Of a DNA stretch of 28,929 nt, positions 8,132-15,906 are shown in pieces (the first letter of the stretch is position 1; the number at the start of each line of letters is the position of its first letter). The notes beneath the pieces were generated by a model. It saw only the letters and a program-made list of their open reading frames with translations. It was not told the DNA's origin and searched no databases. The position numbers were made by a program, and so were the translations under genes. Source of the stretch: a virus (lineage: Duplodnaviria; Caudoviricetes); IMG/VR virus record IMGVR_UViG_3300025398_000067, positions 1 to 28,929 of that record; one strand, 5' to 3'.

Positions 8132-8526
8132 AGTGTGATGCCTTTCTTCTTGGCACGAAGGATGATGCGATCTACCGAATCAACTTGAATGCCAAGTTGG
8201 TCGGCAATTTCTTCCCTGGTCATGCCAGTCTTGAGATAGCCTTGAATTTCCCTGAATCGAACGCTTCCTTCTTCCTTCCTGTTTGTCATCATGTGCTTGC
8301 GTTGGAAAGGAGTTGTTCCTCCCCAATAGCCTTCGGTTTCATTGTTCTTGATTGCAAATTGCAAGCAATCAATCTTGTGAATGCAACTGTCGCAAATTGC
8401 AGCAAGTGTCTGCTCTCGCTCGCTCATAACCAAGCGAGATTCCGGGAAGAAGAAGTCTGGGTCAATCTCTGGGGAGTGACACTTGGCTTTTGAGAATCTA
8501 GGAATGGAAAGAGATGTGAGGTTCAC
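8128..8526 (-). CDS. whiB: WhiB-family Fe-S transcription factor with extra C-terminal HTH
   Basis: C-(DPDFFFP)-CxxC-x5-C, GYWGG turn, then MTREEIADQLGIQVDSVDR HTH. Confidence 0.92.
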   Translation of the reverse strand: MNLTSLSIPRFSKAKCHSPEIDPDFFFPESRLVMSEREQTLAAICDSCIHKIDCLQFAIKNNETEGYWGGTTPFQRKHMMTNRKEEGSVRFREIQGYLKTGMTREEIADQLGIQVDSVDRIILRAKKKGITL

Positions 8527-8876
8527 AACGGATCTCCATATCCTGCTTCACGCAATAGCCTGACCATATCTTCCACAGGTAGAACTGCCCACCAATCGCT
8601 GACGGATGAAACCCCTATCCCCACAGGCTTCACGATGAGTGGGCAGTAGTCTGCCCCTGCGTTCTTTCTCTCCTGCTTGGATTCTTTGATCCATTCAGGA
8701 AACTTGTAGGACTTGTGATTCTTGACCTCGAATGTCAAAGCAGGAGTTCCTGTGATGTCACCCTTGTCGAGTTCACCAGCCAATGCCCGGCGCTCTGCGC
8801 CAGGAAACCCGTGTGCTTGGAGATACTTGACGAAGGCTGACTCGGCGAGAGTTCCCTTCTGCTTTGACTTTGACAT
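8523..8876 (-). CDS. Holliday junction resolvase (Hjc-like PD-(D/E)xK)
   Basis: KQKGTLAE...DKGDI...FEVKN motif pattern. Confidence 0.82.
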   Translation of the reverse strand: MSKSKQKGTLAESAFVKYLQAHGFPGAERRALAGELDKGDITGTPALTFEVKNHKSYKFPEWIKESKQERKNAGADYCPLIVKPVGIGVSSVSDWWAVLPVEDMVRLLREAGYGDPL

Positions 8877-8878
8877 TT

Positions 8879-9049
8879 TTATCGTTTCACGATCTGATTG
8901 AGGCGAGTGATTTCCTCAAGCAATTCCTCTTGATAGACGAATTCGGCGACGAGTCGTTCATATGAGCGACTATATTCAAGGAATCCACCGATGATGATGC
9001 CAATGGACAAGCCAAGACCGAGAGCGAGCAAGAAGATTGGAAGCAACAT
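8879..9049 (-). CDS. Small membrane protein (56 aa), not in ORF track
   Basis: MLLPIFLLALGLGLSIGIIIGGFLEY...IVKR*; AGGGGGAA RBS; abuts both neighbours. Confidence 0.7.
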   Translation of the reverse strand: MLLPIFLLALGLGLSIGIIIGGFLEYSRSYERLVAEFVYQEELLEEITRLNQIVKR

Positions 9050-9208
9050 TTATTTTCCCCCTTGGGACTTGTCGAGTGTATTTCGGAAATTGTGCCAATC
9101 TTTGACTGCGAAGAATTCGTCATTCTTGTTCATGGCATCTTCAATCAAGACGATGAGGAAGAAGACGGAGAGAACCACGAAGATTCCACCAATGATGAGG
9201 AGTGACAT
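9050..9208 (-). CDS. Small membrane protein (52 aa), not in ORF track
   Basis: MSLLIIGGIFVVLSVFFLIVLIED...QGGK*; ATG directly follows the upstream TAA. Confidence 0.7.
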   Translation of the reverse strand: MSLLIIGGIFVVLSVFFLIVLIEDAMNKNDEFFAVKDWHNFRNTLDKSQGGK

Positions 9209-9382
9209 TTATGCACCGACCTTCTCGCGAAGCGTGATGAGTTCCAATTTCCATTCGCGGATGTTTGAGTTGATTGCGAAGATAAGTTGGCGATTTGCCT
9301 TGAGATTATTGGCTAGTGTGCGCTGCGCGTAAGCCTTTGAGAGCATCTGTTCAAGCTCTTCAATTCGTGTTGCTGTTGTCAT
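9209..9382 (-). CDS. First early gene, hypothetical (57 aa)
   Basis: MTTATRIEEL behind AAGGAG RBS, downstream of the putative promoter. Confidence 0.7.
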   Translation of the reverse strand: MTTATRIEELEQMLSKAYAQRTLANNLKANRQLIFAINSNIREWKLELITLREKVGA

Positions 9383-9432
9383 TTCTGACTCCTTGCCTTG
9401 GCGCTGAACCCCTAGTTCAGCTCGTTGGTATA

Positions 9433-9500
9433 AAGATAGACCCATTTCCCCCTTGGCTGTCAAGATGGCGCAAGTGTCGCGAATATTTTTTTTGTGTCGC
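9433..9500 (-). promoter_or_regulatory. Putative early promoter with upstream GCGACAC direct repeats and A-tract
   Basis: TTGACA(9463-9458)-N19-TATCTT(9438-9433). GCGACAC at 9480-9474 and 9500-9494, separated by an AT-rich tract. Confidence 0.55.
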
Positions 9501-9506
9501 AATGGC

Positions 9507-9546
9507 GAAAGACCCCCCACCAGAGTGATCTGATGAGGGGTCTTTC
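9507..9546 (-). terminator. Intrinsic terminator-like hairpin ending the late operon
   Basis: GAAAGACCCC...GGGGTCTTTC perfect 10-bp arms with further internal pairing, 37 bp after the epimerase stop. Confidence 0.75.
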
Positions 9547-9583
9547 TTCTATGCCAGCGAGCGCATGGCGAGGGATGTATGCG

Positions 9584-10450
9584 CTACAAGCCAGCAAAGG
9601 CGCGTTCTATGCCTTCTCTGAGGCTGATTTGGGGTTTGTAGAAGGTCTCCATATAGATTGGGTCGCCCACACGGTAGAAGACCCCTACAGGCTCGGATTC
9701 GAGGTGTTCAATCTTTGGCTCATAGCCAGCGACCTCGGCAACCAAGCGAGCCAAGTCATTGAAGGAGGTCGGGATTCCTGTGCAGAGATTGGCGACTTCG
9801 ATTCCTGCCTCACAACCTGCCAGCGCCCCATTGACCACATCATCGATGTGGATGAAGTCGCGAATCTGATTTCCATCTCCCCAAATCTGGAAAGGGTCAG
9901 CCTTGCGCTTGCCTCGGTCGATGAAGGATGGGAATGGATAATCAAGTGCTTGGTCTGATCCATAGCCCGAGAATGGTCGGAAGATGTGAACCTCGATGCC
10001 AGCCTTGCGAGCAAATCCTGCCAGCATCTCACCCGTCAGCTTCGACCAGCCGTAAGTGAAATCAGGATTCGAGATGCAATCTAGATTGATGTCATCTTCC
10101 TGCAAGTGAAAGCATTCTTCTTTGGTCTGCAATTTGATGGGATAGGCAGCAGAGGATGAGAAGTAAGTGATGCACCCCGGCTTGGTTCGCATTGCCCACG
10201 AGAAGAGAGCTGCATCGATTTCCAAATCTACGGCGAGCGCCAGAGGTTCGCCTTCAATCATCTTGCGACCTCCGACAACTGCTGCAAGGTGAATGACCTT
10301 GTCAAAGTGTTCATTGTTGGTGCGGAAGAAGTCTCTGGCATCTGTGCCATTCAAGATGTCGATGCCATGCAGTTCGTGACCTTGCGCTTTCAGCTTGTTC
10401 CAGAAGTGTCTGCCAACGAAGCCTTCGTTGCCTGTGATGAGAATTTTCAC
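9584..10450 (-). CDS. NAD-dependent NDP-sugar epimerase/dehydratase (extended SDR)
   Basis: TGNEGFVG Rossmann motif, HLAA, FSSSAAY, YGWSK catalytic YxxxK, RDFIHIDD. Confidence 0.93.
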   Translation of the reverse strand: MKILITGNEGFVGRHFWNKLKAQGHELHGIDILNGTDARDFFRTNNEHFDKVIHLAAVVGGRKMIEGEPLALAVDLEIDAALFSWAMRTKPGCITYFSSSAAYPIKLQTKEECFHLQEDDINLDCISNPDFTYGWSKLTGEMLAGFARKAGIEVHIFRPFSGYGSDQALDYPFPSFIDRGKRKADPFQIWGDGNQIRDFIHIDDVVNGALAGCEAGIEVANLCTGIPTSFNDLARLVAEVAGYEPKIEHLESEPVGVFYRVGDPIYMETFYKPQISLREGIERAFAGL

Positions 10451-11118
10451 TCGCCCCTCAATTCTGTAAGGAGTTGAATATATGCTGGACTTGCAAGATA
10501 GGCATTCATCGCCTCAAAATCGGCTGAATAGACCTCTTGCGCGTTCACCGCAAGGTAACCCTCATCCCACTCGGCCTTGCCAGCGACCGGGTGCAGATGC
10601 TCCACAATCACCTCTGGCATATAGCGAAGAGCGCCAAGGTCTTGCCCGAGCTTCATCCAGAAGTTGTCGAGGTAGAGGTGAATCATTCCTTGCGGAACCA
10701 TTCCCCCAAGTGCCTTGACAATGTCACCTGTCATGGCGATTGCCGTTGGCAAGTTCTCGCCTTGGAATAAGTCATTGCCATAGACCAAGCCTGTGCCGAG
10801 TTCATCGAGAGCGTTCAAGAAGTGAACATCCCAATTCATCGTTCGTGGGCGGTGGTCATCGCCAATGAATGCGAAGTGGCGGTATTTGTCTTTCATCAAG
10901 TTGGCGGTGAAGTTCAATGGCTTTGCCATTCCCTTGCCATCCTTCTTGACGATGAAGATGTCTGCCCCGGTGTCGAGGTAGGCATCAAGAGTTGGATCGT
11001 CATCATCTACAACAACGAGCAAATCAGATTCGGTCTTGGTCTCATCGAATGACTTGAGCAATTCCTTGATGGAGTCGGGTCTTCCCCGAGATGGCACGAT
11101 TACGACGAGATTTCTCAT
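10447..11118 (-). CDS. Glycosyltransferase, GT-A fold (GT2-like)
   Basis: VIVPSRGRP start, VVVDDDD, FIGDDH metal-binding motif, C-terminal EHLHP. Confidence 0.85.
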   Translation of the reverse strand: MRNLVVIVPSRGRPDSIKELLKSFDETKTESDLLVVVDDDDPTLDAYLDTGADIFIVKKDGKGMAKPLNFTANLMKDKYRHFAFIGDDHRPRTMNWDVHFLNALDELGTGLVYGNDLFQGENLPTAIAMTGDIVKALGGMVPQGMIHLYLDNFWMKLGQDLGALRYMPEVIVEHLHPVAGKAEWDEGYLAVNAQEVYSADFEAMNAYLASPAYIQLLTELRGE

Positions 11119-11405
11119 TCGCTCACCAAGATTCCGAGAACATCTTTGCTGGTCAGGATGATGAGAGCCTTGCCCTCAACTGTGACCTCGGTTGCGCCGT
11201 ACTTGGAGAAGAGGACTGTGTCTCCGACCTTCACATCCATCGGGATGCGAATGCCGTTCTCGTAGCGACCAGCACCGACGGCGATGACAATGCCCTCTTG
11301 TGGCTTCTGTTGTGCCTGATCGGGAATGATGAGACCCGAGACTGTGACTTCCTCTGCTTGCTTTTGCTGGATGACGATGCGGTCATCGATTGGTTGGATT
11401 GGCAT
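11115..11405 (-). CDS. groES: Co-chaperonin GroES (Cpn10)
   Basis: PIDDRIVI, SGLIIPD mobile loop, KPQEGIVIAVGAG, VKVGDTVLFSKY. Confidence 0.97.
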   Translation of the reverse strand: MPIQPIDDRIVIQQKQAEEVTVSGLIIPDQAQQKPQEGIVIAVGAGRYENGIRIPMDVKVGDTVLFSKYGATEVTVEGKALIILTSKDVLGILVSE

Positions 11406-11676
11406 TGCTTTCCCCCTGTGGATTGACGATTTCCCCTGCGATTGCTAAATAGGCAGCACCATCGATGAATGAATCATCGAGTGGATTGTGAGCAAGGCGA
11501 GCAAGTTTCAGCCCTGCCATGCACAATGCGACTTGATATGGCTCGACTGGAATGCCAAGAACGACCGACCAGATGGTCGCAATTCTTTGATGATTCTCCC
11601 TCGGGTCGCCATTTTGTTCATTGCGATCGCCCATTGTCAGGTCAATCGCGGTCTGAAGTATTTCCTCGCGATGCAT
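11383..11676 (-). CDS. DUF6378-like all-alpha protein (putative nucleotide pyrophosphohydrolase-related)
   Basis: GDR...GDP..N..RIA..WS...VALCM..LKLAR...DSFIDGAAY pattern. Confidence 0.75.
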   Translation of the reverse strand: MHREEILQTAIDLTMGDRNEQNGDPRENHQRIATIWSVVLGIPVEPYQVALCMAGLKLARLAHNPLDDSFIDGAAYLAIAGEIVNPQGESNANPTNR

Positions 11677-12208
11677 TGATTTCCCCCATTTGTTCGACTG
11701 GTTTGAGCTGAAATGGCTCGAGTTGGTAATTGTTCACTTCTCTTCCGACAACACCTGTCATCTTCGGAGTCAATCCCTCGACAACTCCGACTTCACACCA
11801 TCCTCTGAATTTGACAGAAGGTGTCTCCGATTCAATGTCGGTGACTGAACACCAGAATATGAAGTCGGCTTTCCTTTTGATGGAACTATACTGCGAAACT
11901 GAGACAGAGCGACCCCATTCATCCCAGAACTTATCATTCCAAGTCTTGACCTCGATGCGCCCGATATTGGTCAGGATGTCGCATTCTTTGTCTTTCGTTG
12001 GATCGCTGAAGTTTGGAACAGGCTCGAATCCATTGTCACGAAACCAGATGAATGCAGCGAACTCGCCGAGATGACCAACCAGATGGGAATTCTCGGTGTT
12101 GCGGTAATGACCGCGCACATTCTTGAATTGCTGGAAGGTCTTCTCGGCGAGAAGGGAAGCTGCTTGCTTTGTTTCAGGGTTGAGGATAAGCCCCTGAATT
12201 GGTTTCAA
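11642..12208 (-). CDS. Putative PD-(D/E)xK endonuclease
   Basis: GHLGEFA helix Glu, ECDI...IEVKT catalytic pattern. Confidence 0.65.
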   Translation of the reverse strand: MKPIQGLILNPETKQAASLLAEKTFQQFKNVRGHYRNTENSHLVGHLGEFAAFIWFRDNGFEPVPNFSDPTKDKECDILTNIGRIEVKTWNDKFWDEWGRSVSVSQYSSIKRKADFIFWCSVTDIESETPSVKFRGWCEVGVVEGLTPKMTGVVGREVNNYQLEPFQLKPVEQMGEINASRGNTSDRD

Positions 12209-12211
12209 GGT

Positions 12212-12403
12212 TTATCCTTGCGCTTTCTGCTTGAGCTTGTCATATCCTGCTTTGATGACAGGAGCGAAGGTTGCAATTCCAGCAGCCTTTGCAATGTCTG
12301 CAATGTTGTGAGTGCCTGAATGGGCATACTCGACGACAATCGCAACCACGAATGCTGATGCATAATGCTCAACAAGTGCCTTGGTCTTTTCTGTGAGTTT
12401 CAT
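12212..12403 (-). CDS. Putative holin (63 aa)
   Basis: Two hydrophobic segments and a basic C-terminus, directly after the endolysin; TAAGGA RBS. Confidence 0.55.
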   Translation of the reverse strand: MKLTEKTKALVEHYASAFVVAIVVEYAHSGTHNIADIAKAAGIATFAPVIKAGYDKLKQKAQG

Positions 12404-12413
12404 TACCATTTCC

Positions 12414-12932
12414 TTACTTGATAGTTGGATAGGAAGGTCGTGCAATTCCTGCAATGGTCTTGCCGAAGTAGCGCTTGCGACGATAGACACCGCCACCATT
12501 CTGCTGACTTCCTGTTGCTCCTTCTGGACTTGTGTTGCCCTCGATGGTGATGAGGTAGGTGAGATGATTCTCTGCAACGATGCCGACATGATCGGCAACG
12601 CCATCTTCAGCCCAATCGAAGAAGACGATGTCCCCGGGCTGAGACTTGCTTGGGTCAATCATTTGATTCTTGTGCTTGAAGTAGTTGAGACCTGTTGGGC
12701 AATAGATGAATCCTGCTGGATTCTCTGCTGCAATCAGCGAGGAAGCATTGTTCTGGTCAAAGCACCAGGAGACGAAGCAAGCGCACCAGCTCGCGCCTTG
12801 GTCATTCTTGCCAGTCTTCTGCTTCCACCAATCCCAATACTTTGTGATATTTCCTGACTTGCCATCTGCCCCACCTTGCTCGACATAGCCAATCTGTGAG
12901 GTTGCGGTGGCGACAACTGATGCTGCTGTCAT
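12414..12932 (-). CDS. Endolysin, CHAP domain
   Basis: SQIGYVE, WCACFVSWC catalytic Cys, PGDIVFF, DHVGIV catalytic His, TIEGNT. Confidence 0.92.
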   Translation of the reverse strand: MTAASVVATATSQIGYVEQGGADGKSGNITKYWDWWKQKTGKNDQGASWCACFVSWCFDQNNASSLIAAENPAGFIYCPTGLNYFKHKNQMIDPSKSQPGDIVFFDWAEDGVADHVGIVAENHLTYLITIEGNTSPEGATGSQQNGGGVYRRKRYFGKTIAGIARPSYPTIK

Positions 12933-13231
12933 GGCTTCTCCTTTGTGAGATGAAGGTGAATCTCTTCAATCAATTTGTGTGTCTGACCATCAAGATGCAA
13001 ATCCTTCTCGATGATGTCTCGGTCTTTGGCTCCGCTTCGATTGGTCGCATTGAGAATCAATCCTGAGAGAAGGATGGATTCCAATGAGACTGTCAAGGTC
13101 AGCAAGCCGAAAGGGAAAGGTTCAATCGAGAAGGCAATCCAGAATCCCCACCATGCGAGATGGAAGAAGAAGAACCATTGCGATCCGAATGCCTCTGCTG
13201 CCCAATCGGAGATTCGATGAAACAGTTTCAA
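12929..13231 (-). CDS. DUF1003-like two-TM membrane protein
   Basis: FGSQWFFFFH..W, PFPFGLLTL.VSLE.I.LS..IL...NR...DR. TTG start behind GGAGAG. Confidence 0.78.
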   Translation of the reverse strand: MKLFHRISDWAAEAFGSQWFFFFHLAWWGFWIAFSIEPFPFGLLTLTVSLESILLSGLILNATNRSGAKDRDIIEKDLHLDGQTHKLIEEIHLHLTKEKP

Positions 13232-13241
13232 TGTTCTCTCC

Positions 13242-13727
13242 TTATTGGTATATGAGGCGTTCGGCAAGGTCTCCTGGTGTCACCAGATCGCAAGCCTTTG
13301 GTGATAGTTCAACGCCAGCCTTGTGATAGGACTCTGCGACGAGTTCGGAACAGATGTAGGAATTGGTTTGGGCGAGTTTCATCATCAGCCGAGTTCTTGC
13401 CAGCATCTTGAGGCCGACAACTCGAAGCAGGATGTTCCCGATGAGAATGAAATTGTAAGGTTTGCCGAACTGAATTCGGGCATAAGACACGATGAAATCG
13501 CGCTGAGATGGCGTGATGTCTTCGTGTCGATTCCAGGCAATCTTGGGATATTTGGAGAGAGGAGAGAATTCCACGCCTTTGGGATTGGCCTCGATGATGA
13601 GGGAATTTCCAGCATAGATGAAGGCGTGATTCCAGCGAGATACTGTAAAGAGCTGAATCAGGCGAGCGATGATGCCGTTGGTCTTTACGACCCCATAATC
13701 ACCCTTCTGGGGAATGTAGTCGCTCAT
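13242..13727 (-). CDS. Permuted papain-like NlpC/P60 enzyme (YiiX/YebB-like)
   Basis: GD..., SRWNHAFIY (His first), GKPYNF, YICSELV (Cys last), VTPGDL. Confidence 0.85.
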   Translation of the reverse strand: MSDYIPQKGDYGVVKTNGIIARLIQLFTVSRWNHAFIYAGNSLIIEANPKGVEFSPLSKYPKIAWNRHEDITPSQRDFIVSYARIQFGKPYNFILIGNILLRVVGLKMLARTRLMMKLAQTNSYICSELVAESYHKAGVELSPKACDLVTPGDLAERLIYQ

Positions 13728-13987
13728 TTGCTTGCCCGAACTTTCCTCGCCTTGAGCAGTTCAACATCAATCTTGATTTCTTGTTGATTTTCCAGCAAGG
13801 AATCAACTTTGTTCACGAGACCAGTTTTCCCTTCGTTGTAAAGGGTATAAATAATGCGATCCAACTTGTCGCCCATGTCTTCGGTGTGCTTTGCGATGTA
13901 ATGCTTGGCGATGTAGCCAAGACCTGCGAACGCCGCAACGAATACGAAGAAATATGAATAAACGATTGTCGCCGTGTCGGATGTCAT
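13724..13987 (-). CDS. Single-TM membrane protein with coiled-coil tail (lysis-associated)
   Basis: N-terminal TM (IVYSYFFVFVAAFAGLGYIA); position at the head of the lysis cassette. Confidence 0.7.
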   Translation of the reverse strand: MTSDTATIVYSYFFVFVAAFAGLGYIAKHYIAKHTEDMGDKLDRIIYTLYNEGKTGLVNKVDSLLENQQEIKIDVELLKARKVRASK

Positions 13988-14235
13988 TTCGTCACAACCA
14001 TGACTGAAACTGTTGTCGTTCCCGATCCTGTGACTGCATAGATGCTGGTCTCATGTGTCTCAAAGACCAATTTGTCTCCATTGTCCACGATGTAACCCGT
14101 TGAAGATGTGACTGTTGAGTCTCCAAGATAAAGAGTTCCCGAAGCGGTGTGCAGGTGAACTGTTGTCGCTCCGTCGCCCAAGTAAATTGTTGAAGGCGTT
14201 GTCGTGATTGTGTATTGAGCTGTCAAGATTGCCAA
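13984..14235 (-). CDS. Small beta-rich virion-associated protein
   Basis: 83 aa, Thr-rich, TTG start behind TAGGAG. Confidence 0.65.
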   Translation of the reverse strand: MAILTAQYTITTTPSTIYLGDGATTVHLHTASGTLYLGDSTVTSSTGYIVDNGDKLVFETHETSIYAVTGSGTTTVSVMVVTK

Positions 14236-14268
14236 TTGAATCTCCTAGGGAATGAGAAGGTCGGGAAT

Positions 14269-14529
14269 TTACGCAGAAGGAGCAGAATCCGGGGCTGTGA
14301 ACTCATCTTTGATTGGATCGTATTTCATTCCAATTCCAGCGAAGGAACCTCGGAAGTTTCCATTGTAGGAAGTCTGCTTCCAATCTGTGTTATCGCCAAA
14401 GAGCGATTTGCAGAATGCCACGCCAATCGCCTCTGAGTCAGGAAAGTCCTTGTTCTCAAGAGTTTCATTGTTCACGACAATAACTTGCTCGACGATGTTC
14501 TCTGAATTGATTTTTGCAAAGTGTCCCAT
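14269..14529 (-). CDS. Small protein following the Gly-rich fibre (possible fibre chaperone)
   Basis: MGHFAKI...WKQTSYN...FAGIG..YD...D.F pattern typical of genes next to Gly-rich tail fibres. Confidence 0.7.
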   Translation of the reverse strand: MGHFAKINSENIVEQVIVVNNETLENKDFPDSEAIGVAFCKSLFGDNTDWKQTSYNGNFRGSFAGIGMKYDPIKDEFTAPDSAPSA

Positions 14530-14533
14530 TGAA

Positions 14534-15370
14534 TTATCCAATCACGATAACGACATAACCTGAACCGCCTGAATAGGCGGTTCCACTTGCGTACTTTCCT
14601 CCGCCACCATTTCCTGAATTTGTTGCACCAGCAGAGCCGCCTGTGCCTGTGGATTGGTTGTCGCCATTTCCGCCATTTGCGCCAGTTCCGCCAAGTCCTC
14701 CGGTGGTAGTTCCGTTCTGAGCAGCGCCTCCGCCGCCTCCACTATAAACAATGGCCGTTCCAGTAATGGAATTCGAGATTCCAGCACCACCATTGCCACC
14801 ATAATTGGAAGTGCTATTTGTCGCGGCTGCACCGCCAGCGCCACCCCCCCCTCCTCCACCGGTGTATAGTCCACCAGTAGTAGATCCGCCGTTATTTCCA
14901 TGCGCTCCCGAATAAAGAGCAGAACCTCCAGAATATCCAGTTGCAGTGCTTCCACCAGCGCCACCACCAGAGTCGCCAGTTGCACCAGCAGAGCCGCCTG
15001 TGCCGCCGTAGCCACCACCGCCTGAGATGTATTTATCGAATTGAGAATAATTTCCAACAGTTAGGCCAGCACCGCCGGCTCCTGCAACCACAGTCAAAGT
15101 TCCTGCGGCGACTAGATAAGTGACATTGTAATAATAACCACCACCACCGCCACCACCGCCACCATTTGCACCACCTCCACCGCCACCAGCAACAACCAAC
15201 AATTCGCAAGTTCCAGAAACACCAATTGTGATGGAACCCGATCCCGTGTACTTGATGATTGTCTTTCCAGCGCGAGAGGAGGTGTCAATCGTTGGAGATC
15301 CTGTTGTGCCTGTATAAGTAGCCTTTGAGATTCCGCCTCCGAAAGCAAAGCCAGTAAGTAATGGACTCAT
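14534..15370 (-). CDS. Glycine-rich tail fibre / receptor-binding protein
   Basis: LVVAGGGGGG, GGGGGAGG repeats, C-terminal GGSGYVVI. Confidence 0.8.
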   Translation of the reverse strand: MSPLLTGFAFGGGISKATYTGTTGSPTIDTSSRAGKTIIKYTGSGSITIGVSGTCELLVVAGGGGGGANGGGGGGGGGYYYNVTYLVAAGTLTVVAGAGGAGLTVGNYSQFDKYISGGGGYGGTGGSAGATGDSGGGAGGSTATGYSGGSALYSGAHGNNGGSTTGGLYTGGGGGGGAGGAAATNSTSNYGGNGGAGISNSITGTAIVYSGGGGGAAQNGTTTGGLGGTGANGGNGDNQSTGTGGSAGATNSGNGGGGKYASGTAYSGGSGYVVIVIG

Positions 15371-15897
15371 GCGAACTTCACCGCCCCTCCTGCTAGAACT
15401 GTGTAAGTTGGTGTCGCCGCCGTTTTGATAATAGTGAAGGAATATGCATCCAAGGCGCTTGGATTTCCAAGAGCAGGGGCGCTACCTCCCGACCATTTTG
15501 GGATGACTGCGTTGCCGTCAATTTGGAATGCGCTTGGATAATAACCAGTCGTTCCGTTGGTATTGAGGAAGACAATGGAAATCGATTGCCCTACCGAAAG
15601 CAGGGAATTGAGTGTTGTTCCCGAGTTTCCTCGGAAGTTGAGAGTCCAGTTGGCGCTTGCGTTGCTGGTGTAGAACCAAAGGGTTGAGGTTTTGCAATCA
15701 ATGTTGATTGTTCCAGTCGCCGATGAAGCCACGACATTTGCAGTCTCAATCGCTCCAAGAACAGCAGGGTTTCCCGTGTAATAAGCTGCAAGAAGATTGA
15801 GGGTTCCGCCCAAATCGTTCAATGTAGAGGCTGGTAAAGCGTTGCCATTGACGAAGACTGTTCCGCCAGTTCCCGGCGCTGGAAATCCTACTGCCAT
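15367..15897 (-). CDS. Minor tail protein / fibre base
   Basis: N-terminal F..G..L.A..LN anchor-like motif, beta-rich; lies after the tail hub gene. Confidence 0.7.
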   Translation of the reverse strand: MAVGFPAPGTGGTVFVNGNALPASTLNDLGGTLNLLAAYYTGNPAVLGAIETANVVASSATGTINIDCKTSTLWFYTSNASANWTLNFRGNSGTTLNSLLSVGQSISIVFLNTNGTTGYYPSAFQIDGNAVIPKWSGGSAPALGNPSALDAYSFTIIKTAATPTYTVLAGGAVKFA

Positions 15898-15906
15898 GAT
15901 GTCTCC

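Noticed and set aside
8887-9123. ORF-track 78-aa ORF
   Set aside because: Two abutting small membrane-protein ORFs in another frame (8879..9049, 9050..9208) fit the RBS and gene packing better.
12401-12409. Lambda-S-like dual start (Met-Val-Met) in the putative holin
   Set aside because: The first ATG is too close to the TAAGGA RBS and the extension has no charged residue, so antiholin logic is unsupported.
14534-15370. Gly-rich repeats as a diversity-generating retroelement target or tandem DNA repeat
   Set aside because: Repeats reflect poly-Gly codons; no reverse transcriptase or template/variable repeat pair was seen.
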